Shown here: one piece after another, positions 42,211 through 54,837 of the stretch
Layout: every line of letters starts with the position of its first letter
Position numbering within the stretch: the first letter of the stretch is position 1
Source of the DNA: Nitrospirales bacterium
Lineage (GTDB): Bacteria > Nitrospirota > Nitrospiria > Nitrospirales > UBA8639
Assembly (NCBI GenBank): GCA_965203295.1
Contig: CBDBCZ010000012.1
Location: 64,001 to 128,000 of the forward strand
DNA length: 64,000 nt
Direction of reading: 5' to 3'
The notes under the pieces: generated by a model
What the model was told of the DNA's origin: nothing
What the model saw: only the letters and a program-made list of their open reading frames with translations
Databases searched by the model: none
Translations under genes and position numbers: made by a program

Positions 42211-43944
42211 TATGAAGAGATTGGTGGCGACAAGTCAAACACCTTGCGTAAATCAGAAAATAACAGCCAGAATAGCATGAATCCAGCAGAGAGAACAACA
42301 ATGAGCAAAAGAGAGAAGAGCGGAGACTCCAGGATGAAAAGCAACGGTATCAGATATTGATGGGGATAGGTAATAAAGGAAGCCGTAGATTAAGCATGTG
42401 GGAGGAAATTGCATTAGGACCACAGTAAGAAACAATAGAGGAAATAATTGGGCGAGCTGAATTACAAGAGCTGCAAAAGGAGTCATTAAGAAGGATAGCT
42501 TTGGAAGAAGAATTTGGCTAATCTCAAATTGACAAGTTTTTTTTTTTTTGAAAGAATCGGAGTAAACAACCCCAGTCGGCAAGAGGAAGATAGAAGTTTT
42601 CTTATGTGACTTTTTAACAAGGGACCAGAAGTGACGAGAAGTAGGAGAGGAAGAGAGATGAGCAAACAACTTAGACCTATGATAAGAGAGAGTATTGCGA
42701 AAACAAAACTAAATGAGAGGAGAGTTGCAAAGTTTGATATACTGGAACAAAGCATTTAGTGAGAGAAAGGAACGAGTGAGTATTCCAAGGTGGGTGGGGA
42801 AGAGAGGATATCAGTTTGGTATGGGGACTGCAAAGTGAATAATTTGCAGGAAAGTGAACTCGAAAGTTAGCCAGGCAGAGTTAACATCACAGGAAGAAAG
42901 AATAGAAGACCACGAAACATTGTAGTAGTCATGTGTTTGGTAGCAATAGTATTGGGTGGAGACTTCTCGCCTGGACGTTGTAGTATACGGTGGAGCCTTC
43001 TCGCCTGGATGTTATAGTACTACTTCTCACTTGAATTTTATAGCACTGAGCGGGGCCTTCTCGCCTAGATGTTATAATATATGGTGGAGCCTTCTCGCCT
43101 GGATGTTATAGTACTGGGTGGAGCCTTCTCGCTTGGATTTTATTGCATATGGTGGATCCTTCTCTCCTTGATGTTATAATATTGGGTGGAGCCTTCTCTC
43201 TTGGATGTTATAATATTGGGTGGAGCCTTCTCTTTTGGATGTTATAGTATTGGGTGGAGCCTTCTCGCCTGGATAACGGTATATAGCAGCAGTGTTGTGC
43301 ATAACAAGACTACTTACTACATGAATTATGCAGTCTTGTGCATGCAGTAAATGTGAGCAACAAGACCACACTTAAATACATATTTTGTAGCTATCCTAAG
43401 TCTTTAGCTACGCCCACACTGGAAGCATGCATCACACATAATTATTAGAGTGAGAGTAATAATTAGAACACATACTTTACTCTTCCACCTGACATCGTCT
43501 TCAATGGGCCACATCTTCTACAAATGATTGAATATAGCAGGCTGTTATTAACCACACACATGATTAATGAAACACGGGAGTTGACTTGGCAGTAGGAGTG
43601 AGTGGGGTAATTACAGAAAGCAGAGGTGTCTGGGAGCACAACTCAAGGCAAAGCTGCTTTGAGGTGCATCATAAGCTCAATGCAAACATTAAACAGTTGC
43701 AGAGCACTCAGAATCTCAACTCTGTTGGAATGGAGTGCAATTGGAACATGTCCCTTTCTTTGGAAAGAATATCAATTGCATCATCACACTCTTCTTTGCA
43801 AGAGGAGATCTCTCTGCTGTACCCACTCACATCAGCTACAATTCCCTGCATGCTCGCACAGAGCAAGACTTCGGCAATGACAGGACACAATTAGTTGCCT
43901 GTACATACTCAGCTTGTATATATTATAGAGACAAGCTACACAAC

Positions 43945-46900
43945 TCAATCGAGCACTGGAATTACACAGTCATAATGGTCCAGTGCTCTTGTATTGTATA
44001 AATACAGTGCATAGTTGTGTACAACGTTTAAGCCGTGTACACTAGGACCTATGCACTGCCATGCTCGACCCGGTCCAAAGTTTTGACGTACAACTATGTT
44101 TACATCGAGCATGCAGGAAAGCAAGAACACCTCAAGATCAGTGCCCCATTCACCAAACTCTGCCATACGTGAGTTTTCCAGGTACTCCTGCACTTTGGTG
44201 TTAAAGAAAACTCTACGTTCGTTTGGTTCAACTGGAGCATCAACCACAATTAAGATGTATTCTATCAAGAATGAATTTTGGTGTAGATAGTTTACAGCTG
44301 CTTTCCGAACAGCATAGTGGTTAGATTCTGTTCCTGTTACGTGCTTTGAAATAGCACGAAACAAACAATTGCCATCTCCTTGCACTCTCACACGTATGTG
44401 TGGTGATATTTCATCACACTGCAATGAACGCACACGGTCTGGAGATGAAACTTTGTCGACCACAGACATTTCACTATACTGGGACAGAACACAAATCTTT
44501 TGTCTCTGCCAGAGATCATCTGGGAGTGGTCGATTAATAGCATTAGGGGGAGTACAGTGCTCACTACCACAATAGATGACAGTGCCATCACTATCATCCG
44601 GACAGCTCTTACTGGTAGGAGGACTCTGTTTGGGCTTTTTGGCCTCCAGCTTTAAAGTGCATGGGAGTTCTCCTGAATGCTTCCTTTTTCTAGAAAGGCG
44701 TGTTTTTTTGGATTCAGGCTCTGTGCATGCAGCATTTCCAGTGAGCTTGCGTTTAGTACCAGTTGTAGGTTTAACCGGCAGCGGATATGGCTTGAGTTCT
44801 GGTTTATACACTTGTCTCAAGCGATTCACTTCTTTGAGACATGTAGTGCTAACCATGATAGAGTTCGGGTCGAATGCAACCAGGTGTAACCCAGCTAGCG
44901 TTCGAACTCTCGATATTGCTACATAGGCCATTCCAGCACTAAACACTTTATCAGAGAGGTCTACTATGGCACAGTCCAATGACAGGCCTTGGCATTTGTG
45001 AATGGTCACAGCATAGGCCAAAATCAAGGGAAACTGTTTCCTGTACACATAGAAATTCTTCATGACCATGAACCTGCTCTTCACTTTTTCCACATCAAAA
45101 GGCTCACTTATGTGGTCAAACTGAACAGAGACATGATCAGTTCGAATGGACAGGACGGTACCGATGGCACCGTTTACTAAACCAGCATTTGTGTCAATAT
45201 TGCGGCGCAACATGACTCGTGCTCCGACAGCTAGCAACAGCTGGGCTTCTAATCCTGCTGTCAAGTTACAGTCCTTGTTAAGCTTGTCAAGCTGTTCTGC
45301 TGCTTTTTTGCTCCACTTACGCGTACTGTAAGTTTCGTCAACTTCATCAGTACACAACAATTTATGTACTTGTGAACTGAGATGACTGAGCATTTCATTG
45401 TTAAAATGATCGCATTCTTTTCTTCGTGGGAAAAGGCAAACAGGGGTTTGTTGAGATTGCTGAAGCTCAACGAACTTGTCCGCTATGGATCCCTGAATGA
45501 CTCGTTTTTTGAGAATGCCAAGTGTTTCATCAGTTGGATGGCCACACCTGACACAATCCAACATCGATGAAAATTCACCGTCTCGTTTCTGACGTTCATT
45601 GATAGTCAGTTCATCGTAAGCGATAGCATCTTTCCAGATGTTGACGGACGTTGCGCATCCAAGTCTGTATTGGAGCGACTTCTGAGTGATCTTTTCAAAT
45701 ACAGGAAGTCCATTGACAGGCTGTAGTTGAAGTAGATCACCAACAAAGAGCATATTTTTAGAGCCAAACCAGTCCTGGCTACCAAATAGCTCTTCTAACC
45801 TCAAGTGCATATATGCAAAGTTGAGGCTAGAAACCATGGAAACTTCATCTACAATGATGATTTTCACACTGTGAAGTGTGGTTTTCATCACTTTTCGTGA
45901 AGATTTGGGGAGTGCCCAATATTGAGCTGTCTTCCCCTCGTGTTCAATGGGCAACTGAAAGAGCCTGTGAATGGTTATACCACCAACATTGAAAGCTGCT
46001 AAACCAGTCGGTGCTGCAATAGCACACGTTAAATCGTCAGAGGGCCAGAGGTCATGAACTAATGCCTTGACGGTTTCGATGAGGAACGACTTACCCGTTC
46101 CACCAACACCGCTCACAAACATGCAAAGCGGACTCAAGTCACAGCTACAAGCATCAGCCTCGTGCTGTTGTTGGTGGAGGAGGTGATCTTTAACTTTGTC
46201 AAAGATGCGTCTCTGGTCAGCGTTGAGCATTGCTACTCTCTGTTTTAGGGACAGAGTGTCGGCTGGATGGGCGTTCATGTCAAACAGCTCCTTCATTGCC
46301 GTTTTTGCTTCGCCCAACAGCTGTGGATCATCATCTTGTTTGCTGATCTTGTGTTCTTCACCATCAGCCTGCCGGGCATCATTGATTTGCTTGATGTTAG
46401 CCCGGGCCTGCAACATCTTCTGCAGTCTGCCGTGGTAGGCAGAGCAGGTGCTGTCGTCTGGTAACAGGCGCCGGAATGCTTCTTCGGCAGTTTCATTCTC
46501 AAGAAGCAAACTACTCTCATCTCTGAATGGAACAAAGAGGAGTATCAGAGAATAGTAGTAGGCTTCTGTCTGGTCTTCTCTTTCTGGATCAAAGAGTTTG
46601 TGGTTAGGAAGTCGAGGCTTTGTAAGCTTTCTGTACTTCCTGTCTCCATTGCTATCTGTACCACAGTAATCATAGTTGGCTACAAAGTCATAGAGACAAA
46701 GGCCTTCTAGATCGCTCGGTCTCCGGGGATAGTGAGTGTCTAAGAGGTTGTCCTGGAAGATGTCTTCGCTGTCTGGGTTACGCTTTGCGACATCTTCCAA
46801 AACCTTGTGGTCCTTCAACCTGCGACTCCTTTTGTGAGGCAGGGAGACATCTACCCACTTGACAGCATCAGACTTCTCGGTGAGGTGGTCGCCGAGCAGC

Positions 46901-49900
46901 AGATCGCTGGCCTCGTACAGCCCGCACTCGCGAGAGCGTAAGCTGCGCACGCCAAAGCTCCAGAGCTGACTGTAAACGCTCTTATTTTCGCTGACTTCGT
47001 GCCAAATGTCCTGCAAGTTACTCTTTTCAGCTTTAGTAACATAGCCGCTGACGTAGTGGGCCAGAGCCAGCGACGACTCGGCCACGTACTGCACGTCAAC
47101 GTTGGCCTTCCACAGCATTAGGAGGAGAGGGTTGTAGTCATTGACCCTCACCTCCAACTCTGTTCGAGGCAACTGGTATATTTTCCTGCGCGATTTCAGA
47201 GCATCATCCACACAGTTCAGTGTAGCAGTTTTACAGGCTTGGCGGGGAAAGCCAAACCTGCAGCGGGTAATGAATGTCCTACCGCACTTGCGTCTTCGTT
47301 TGCAATACGCACTGCATTTGTGCATCTGGTACCTAGTGACCAGTCTGTGCAAGTCGGGATCGGTTTCCTTGTCGGGTATGTGACAAGTGATCCTCTCCTG
47401 CAGCCAAGCTAGTACCCGTTCGGGATCATCGTGACCGATGACTGGAGCATCCCGTATCCACAAGAGCACGTGGTAATGAGGCGCACCGCGAGCCTGGTAC
47501 TCCTTTTTCCAGTAATAGTGCTCGATCTCGCCGAGCACTGCACCTTTCAGTAGGACTGTGCGAAAGAATGCATGGAATTTCTGATCGTGTAGGCTTGAAA
47601 GCCAGCAACGTCATCTGTACTAGCTTTCTGTAGCATCGTACTGCTAGCACTATTGGTAACTTCAACTACCCGTTTAACTGCCTCGTCAACAGACTCGACA
47701 TCTACATCCTTGTAGAGCCAGTTGATTTCTTTTAGTGTTTTTGTGGCAGTCTTGACGAGGTCAACGTTGACCAGGCTACGCCACACAACTTCCCCCTTTG
47801 TTGGCCTACCATTAACAATTATGTACAGCTCAGGCTCTGGCAAGGCAGTGCTGGGATGCTCTACCTCCTCCAGAGTCTTGAGAGTTTTATTGAATGGCAG
47901 GGGGAGAAAGAACATGGTACCTTTACACGCTTTCAGCGAATTGTACACAGGTACTTTGGCAGTGTATGTACCGAGCCTGACTACCGTTTGGTAGCACTTG
48001 GCCCGTTGTATCAGCTGCCTACTCAAACAGTCCAATTTCACCAGTTCAGGCGGCATTGAAATTGTTTGCAATCCATTGAGGACACAACGCGGTGGCATTT
48101 CGTCTTTTTTGACGAGTGCTTTACAGTAATTACACATGTAAAGCACTTGCTCATTGGCATCCGGGTTTTGCTCTACTATGAAGGCTTTCAGAGCAGGCCA
48201 AACCTTGGAACCAAGGCTATCAGAGAGTTTCACTTTCATTACAGACTTTCTCTGATGCAGGCGTTCGCAGCTACAGCATGCATGCTCTGGATCATCATCA
48301 ATTTCTTTCTCTAGGTCACTTATCACCTGTGCATGTGCAATCAGCAACCGAGATTCTACACTCTTGAGGACTGAGTCAGCAACAGCAGCATCAATGTGCT
48401 GCTCATAGCTGCAGTCGAGATCATTTGTGAGCAACACTGCAAAATCAGGCACCTTGGTGATCTCCTTTAGGAAGTGCAAGTCACCAGTGCTGAGAGCTTT
48501 GTCTATGTTAAGAACACCCAAGTGGCTCGTAATTGCACTGTATACGTGATTCAGGAGCGTTCTCAGCACACTGTAATGGGTGGATGCTGCTCTGAGTATG
48601 CGAAGCTGACTACAGCATCCCCCATCATTGAAACAAGGCAGAGTGTGACCTTGCAAGTCAACAATGATACTGCCAGCGTCTTCCCTAACAACAGCTTTGG
48701 TGTAGTGTCCATTAGGACACCCACTATCGCATGCATACAAGGCAGTTCGCAATTCTTCCATGGGTTTCTCAAATGCCTGTTTGAGATTAACCACGGCAGC
48801 TACTTCTGCTTCAGTGAGTGTTTTACACTCACTATTACAGCACCATTTCAGAGGCTGCTTCCCTTTCTTGCTAGTTTCATTTCCTGAGCTGCTAATTTCA
48901 TTAGCAACCACACATCTGCCATTCTCATCAATGGGAATGACACAGGCTCTCTGCACAGGCTGATAGGCTGCATCATAGTAGAATGGTTCCGAGGAAGCAG
49001 TATGACACCCTTCCCCGAAATCATCTCGGCCTTTGATGTCGAGGCTACTGACTACTCTTGCAGTCTTGAGCAAAGCACCAGCGTGCTCCTTGCGTACCTG
49101 CAAGACTTTGTTTAGCAGTCTTTTAGCTGCTATTCTACAGACAGCTTTGATCATCACCGGAGGCAGCTGCTTTGCTGCACTCTTGTACTGCCTCTTATAA
49201 GCTTTCACAAGCTGAACCCTAGCTTCATCATCTTTCAGCAAAAGTTGCTGGAGCTCTTTCACATAAAACTCCTTTGCGACAGGCTTAGGCTCTGCTAATG
49301 CATACCTGCCTCGTTTGGAAGCACATATTCTCCCCCTGTGTTTCCAATAGTACTTCTTGTACCACTTGAGCTTGGCCGCAGCAGTCTTCACATAATACAT
49401 GCGAACTGCTGCCCTTTTCTTATTGGGGTCAGCTCTATAACTAGCATGGGAGGCTGCCCTCTTCTTGTCAGGGTCAGCTCTGTAACTAGCGCGGGAGGCT
49501 GCCCTCTTCTTGTCAGGGTCAGCTCTGTAACTAGCGCGGGAGGCTGCCCTCTTCTTGTCAGGGTCAGCTCTGTAACTAGCGCGGGAGGCTGCCCTCTTGT
49601 TGTCAGGGTCAGCTCTGTAACTAGCGCGGGAGGCTGCCTTCTTCTTGTCAGGGTCAGCTCTGTAACTAGCGCGGGAGGCTGCCTTCTTCTTGTCAGGGTC
49701 AGCTCTGTAACTAGCGCGGGAGGCTGCCCTCTTGTTGTCAGGGTCAGCTCTGTAACTAGCACGGGAGGCTTCCCTCTTCTTGTCAGGGTCAGCTCTGTTA
49801 CTAGCGCGGGAGGCTGCCCTCTTCTTGTCAGGGTCAGCTCTGTAACTAGCGCGGGAGGCTGCCCTCTTCTTGTCAGGGTCAGCTCTGTAACTAGCGCGGG

Positions 49901-50123
49901 AGGCTGCCCTCTTCTTGTCAGGGTCAGCTCTGTAACTTGCGCGGGAGGCTGCCTTCTTCTTGTCAGGGTCAGCTCTGTAACCAGCGCGGGAGGCTGCCTG
50001 GGAAGCGGCCTTTTTCTTATAAGGGTCGGCCCTATATCTGGCACGGGAGGCTGATTTTACACTTTCCCTGTTTTCAATGTACCGCTGCTTATTTTGAGCT
50101 TTTGTTTTCCGCAAATTACGCAT
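43945..50123 (-). pseudogene. Disrupted RepHel-OTU ORF of copy B (625-bp frameshifting deletion removing Rep motif 1)
   Basis: ORFs 47547-50162 and 43945-47538 match the N- and C-terminal parts of the copy A protein closely. The junction near 47580 joins copy A ~20795 to ~21421 at a GAA microhomology; the ATG equivalent to copy A (MRNLRK) is at 50123. Confidence 0.92.
49405..50045 (-). repeat. Coding 45-bp tandem repeat, ~14 units of RASYRADPDKKRAAS
   Basis: Repeated TCAGGGTCAGCTCTGTAACTAGCGCGGGAGGCTGCCCTCTTCTTG; units counted in translation of 47547-50162. Confidence 0.92.
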
Positions 50124-50364
50124 ACTGCATATACAGTACGTACCTAATAATTCCAACTGCACTAGTCCACAGTGTACTGAACTGGGTTGGGCTGTAATAG
50201 AAGGAAAATAAGATGTTGTATAATCATTTATATTACATATGGAGTACTACCATACTCAATGATACATGTACACAGGTCAGTGTACTACAATTAGTGGTCA
50301 AAATTTTACAGCTGGTGTGCATGAATCTCATTAAGAAAGCCATAGAACAGAGGAAGCAGCCACA

Positions 50365-51518
50365 GCTTGTATGTAAATACATGCAATTACTAGCTACAGC
50401 AAATCATAATAGTCCTGTTCAGGTAAATTTGCCAGTGTCTGGACAACCCCACCATCCAAACACCCCTCACTTACGCTAATGCATACAATTACCCGTACAA
50501 TTACCTTGTAAATAATTCGAAATGAACGGCACGGGAGTGAATTGAACAGGGCTGCACTGGCCAACTTGACTGGAATGGAAGGGAAAATCCTAAATTTACG
50601 CTAGGACATCTTAGTTATTAATTTTGTAACTACCGTGCACGGTGCCTGGAAAGCTGCATGCTAGTCTCGTTCCAAGACCCTCCGCGCGACTCCACAGAAA
50701 ATTAGGGAAAGTTGCCGTATTCTGAACACGGTCAGAGTTGTGGAAGCTGCCTTTTCGTTTTTCGAGTCGCCCCTATATCACTGGCACGGGAGGCTGCCTT
50801 TACACTTTCCCGGTATTTAATGTGCCATTGCTATTATATATGGACCCATTTCTTCCACAAATTTACTTTCCGCTCAGTAAGCTTACCTTGTAATTCCAAG
50901 ATCAAGAACAGGATCCGAAAAGTTAAATATATACGAGACGCTTGTATGTAAACACATACAATTACTAGCTACAGCAAATCATAATAGTCCTGTTCAGGTA
51001 AATTTGCCAGTGTCTGGACAACCCCACCATCCAAACACCCCTCACTTACGCTAATGCATACAATTACCTGTACAATTACCTTGTAAATTATTCGAAATGA
51101 ACGGCACGGGAGTGAACTGAACAGGGCTGCACTGGCCAACTTGACTGGAATGGAAGGGAAAATCCTAAATTTACGCTAGGACATCTTAGTCATTAATTTT
51201 GTAACTACCGTGCACGGTGCCCGGAAAGCTGCATGCTAGTCTCGTTCCCAGACCCTCCGCGCGACTCCACAGAAAATTAGGGAAAGCTGTCGTATTCTGA
51301 ACACGGTCAGAGTTGTGGAAGCTGCCTTTTCGTTTTTCGAGTCGCCCCTATATCACTGGCACGGGAGGCTGCCTTTACACTTTCCCGGTATTTAATGTGC
51401 CGTTGCTATATATATGGACCCATTTCTTCCACAAATTTACTTTCCACTCAGTAAGCTTACCTTGTGATTCCAAGATCAAGAACAGGATCCGAAAAGTTAA
51501 ATATATACGAGACGCTTG
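50365..51518. repeat. ~575-bp tandem duplication in the 5' UTR of copy B
   Basis: GCTTGTATGTAAA(T/C)ACAT...ATACGAGAC repeats at 50365 and 50940. Confidence 0.9.
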
Positions 51519-52211
51519 CTTTATGAACTTCAATAAACAGCTCGAAACTCGAAAGCAATAGAACAGTACATCTGGTATGGGAAAATTTATATTCCAATCA
51601 AGCGGTAATTCTGGACTAAACCGGACGAAACTAGTCTGAACTGGTCTTGACTGGACTAAACTGGACTGGACCGGTTTACGTTATCGCTATGAATATTGTT
51701 ATTGTCATATTAATGGATGAACAGTCTGCACATGCGTATTCAATCATTAAATGGCGTCATACGACAAGCGTTCCCTCGAAAGTGCTCGTGAATAACTGCT
51801 GAACCTATTCAATTTTTTTGAAAAACTTTTGCTACGAGTGCACTACCCCAGAGAATATCCAGCTTGTTCGCGCTCGAATCATTGTGATTGCTTCAGCCAT
51901 TATCGCGCTAGCCTGCCTGAAGAAAGAAGAATCAGAATCAGAATCAGAATCAGAATCAGAAGAAGTGTACGATTACGCCCCGCCCCCCGAGTGTATCGAC
52001 TTGCCGGTGTGGTACTCCAGAAAAGCTTTCTAGCAACGCTAACAGTCTTGTTGCTGATGAAAACACTCGAGATGCCATGGTATGGCTCATCAAACTCTGT
52101 GACTATAATCAGAGCCGAGTTCTGAACGTATGATTTTGTACGCGCTATATGGGGCCGCCATTTTTTCCCCGTGCCATCCCTACATATGGAGTACTACCGT
52201 ACTCCATGATA

Positions 52212-52380
52212 CCAATTTCTTGATGTCCGAAGATCGTTTGTAACACTCTCCCGTTTATCTCCCCAGCCAATACCACTCTCCAGTATCCTTATCATAATCT
52301 TAATCTCACCATCACACCACCTCACCGCTTTGTCACGCATTATCACCTTTTCTCCATTTTCCCTACCAGCACAGATAGGC
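52212..52380 (-). mobile_element. Upstream part of the same decayed LINE, separated by copy B
   Basis: Minus-strand translation GEKVIMRDKAVRWCDGEIK and, in a shifted frame, ECYKRSSDIKKLV, which plausibly continues into LDS*NEMIERAN left of 40270. Confidence 0.65.
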
Positions 52381-53116
52381 AGTAATTAATGCAACTGCTA
52401 GCTATGTGTCCTGTCTCTGGCACACTTTATGTAATGCATACCTAACTTTTAAATAGTGTGTGTGGGGGGGGGGGGGGGGGGGGATTAAAACTAGATAACT
52501 AGTCTTTGTCGTCTGAAAGACGCAAGACTGTCATTATTTTCAGTAATAAGTCCATGTACATCAGTGTTTTCTTTGATAAAACTGCTGCACAGATTTAAAG
52601 GAAAGGTAAAAATACATACAAAAAATGTTTAAGTACATTTCCACTGATTGGATGAAATAATAGTGATACATCTGTGTAGTTTTAGCAGTGGTTGAAAGTT
52701 TTGTTCCCTTGGTTGAGCAATTGTTTAGTTTATGGTTTGAAAATTAAAGATAGAGAGAGGGACCAATAAGGATTTACTGCTTGTGTACCTCTTTGTGTTA
52801 AGCAAGCATAATTGTCTCTTGAATCAACAGTGACTATGGTGACAGCTAGTGCATTAGGTCACTGTGATGTGTGGCATACATATAGAGATTGCAGTACAGT
52901 CTAGAGCTGATCCGATTCACTTGGTAGAGACAATGATGGCCAGGTGTTTATGTTATTCTTCGTTACATCACCGCAGGAAGCAGGAAGTCAAGATTCAAGT
53001 GGATGAGACTTCTCTTCATTACTATTTACATGTGATGAAGCTGTCCTCACTTGTTGAACTGTTGTGTTATTTTTTATTATTATTTTTATTTGTTGTACTT
53101 TTACAACTACTTACCC

Positions 53117-54837
53117 TTTTGGGGCAAGCGTGAGTGAGCCCCCCCCCCCCCCCCCCCCCCTTCACATGTTGAACTGTTGTGTTATTTTTATTATTTATTT
53201 TTTGTATTTTTTTTTATTACTCCTTTTGGGGCGTGCGTGCGAGCTCCCCCCCCCCCTAGTGTAGACCTGTGCGTGCGTGTGAGCTCCCCCCCCCCCTCAG
53301 TGTAGACCTGTGCGTGCGTGTGCGGGGCCTATTTCAACAACTGTTGTCGCGCGTTTCAGATAGGAGGGAGTTATTTAGGTTGGGACTGGTACATTGGTGT
53401 GTAAGAGGACAAGGTCCACGGTGTTTGAGGGAGAGATTCCGAACAATTGGTGAAGTAGGGCGCTCTGGGACACGAGGCAGTAGCAATTTGTTTCTGCCTT
53501 CTGTAAACACTGAGTTCCTTAGGAGGTCAGTTACATTTAGGGGAGCATGGGATTGGAACAGGCTGCCTGTCAGCGTGAGAGAACTCGGATCTGAGGTGTT
53601 TCGTCGTAGTCTAGCTAGCTATCCCCAACTTCTCCCCACCTTGGGATCGCTTGCAGTATCTAGTTTCGTCGAAGACTGAAGGCACGAATCCTGGACCGGC
53701 TATAGCTATTCCTAACTTGTGTTTTTGTACTTTGTACTCTGTTTGTGTGTTGTGTATTCATGTCACAGGACTCCCTGGAGGACCAGCCATCTGTTGGCTG
53801 AAGGGACATCTTCCTGCTTAAAATGAAAATTTAACTAACTAACAATTATCCTCTACAACACGTGCGTGCGCTCTGGAGAGAGAGAGAATGAGTGAGCAGA
53901 CAGCGCTACAGAGAAAGGAGAGCGGCCGAAACTCCTGTGGAGATGGAGAGAAGGCTACAGAACGAGCGAGCACGGCGAAGGCGAAGACCAGGCTTACATG
54001 TACGCAGGCGAGAACGCAGGGCAGCATCGCAAGGGCAAAGGATGAAGAAGTCCCGCGATGCCACGAACATTGGTAGCTGGAGGAGAAGTTGGCATGTCTC
54101 CTGTGCAGAGTAGTCCTTCTCTGCAGTGGTGTTTATCGGGAGCTTCTGAACTGCATTCAACGACTTTTCATCATCATTCATAACAGTAGCATACATAAGC
54201 TTCAGCATCTGTGACCGCGGCTCGCATAATTTGGTGGCCGCTAACTGGTGTTGAGGTTGCAGCTGTTCTGTCACTAGACACGTACTTAGCGTGCTTTGTC
54301 AGTCTGCAAGTCTCAAATCACCCCCACAACTGAACAGCTCGGTATATGGGCAAAGTGCGATGCTCTTCAAGCACATAAACACTGCAAGAAACGGTGGAGT
54401 GCTAGGCTCACCATTCTTGCTATTATCTACGCTGGTACCAATTTCCTAACACTTTGGCACAAATCTTAACTTGTCGACATTGCACATGAAAGATGAAGAC
54501 GTCACCGAAACTTCCCTCCTATCTGCCCCTCCGTTTACTTTGACGTACAGCCTGAATATTGTCACTGGCATTCACAGGCATAAAGTACAAACCAGACTAA
54601 CATTCTCAACTATATCCTTTCATATTATAATGATGATTGTGACCACTGTAATATGCCGCTGTATGTAAAATTATATCATGCTCTATAATAGATCTATCTG
54701 TGATTAAATTTGTAATATTATAATAATGCATTACGTACCAGCCCTGCATATTCAAGTCAGCTATGTATGATCATAGATAATCTATGGCATGATGAACTCG
54801 CTCACGCTCGCCCCACAATGCTCTGCATTCACCTAGT
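53117..54837 (+). mobile_element. Relic of a second Helitron-like family with rearranged Rep fragments and a nested LINE 3' end
   Basis: Subterminal IR GGGGCAAGCGTGAGTGAG (53121) / CTCGCTCACGCTCGCCCC (54797), ends CTAGT; + strand RERRAAETPVEMERRL basic leader; - strand KDYSAQETCQLLLQLPM Rep-like fragment. Left boundary approximate. Confidence 0.6.
53360..53843 (+). mobile_element. 5'-truncated CR1/L2-like LINE 3' end
   Basis: ORF2 C-terminal-like LFLPSVNTEFLRRSVTFRGAWDWNRLP; 3' stem-loop CAGCCATCTGTTGGCTG; (TAAC)n tail. Confidence 0.7.

Larger units (their letters stand above)
40270..52211 (-). mobile_element. Helentron/Helitron2-type transposon, copy B (both termini present, internal deletion)
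   Basis: Terminal motif GTGCCATCCCTACAT (52171-52185) plus hairpin ATGGAGTAC-TACC-GTACTCCAT (52186-52207) at the right end; 220-bp fold-back arm ending at ~40270 at the left end; both flanks are pieces of one decayed LINE; no TSD visible. Confidence 0.9.

Noticed and set aside
49338..50054. Long alternative-frame and antisense ORFs (also 18653-19136)
   Set aside because: Shadows of the 45-bp coding repeat, which lacks stops in those frames.
52864..53050. Possible further GPCR C-tail exons (also 37571-37790)
   Set aside because: Splice sites and frames are ambiguous and no diagnostic motif is present.
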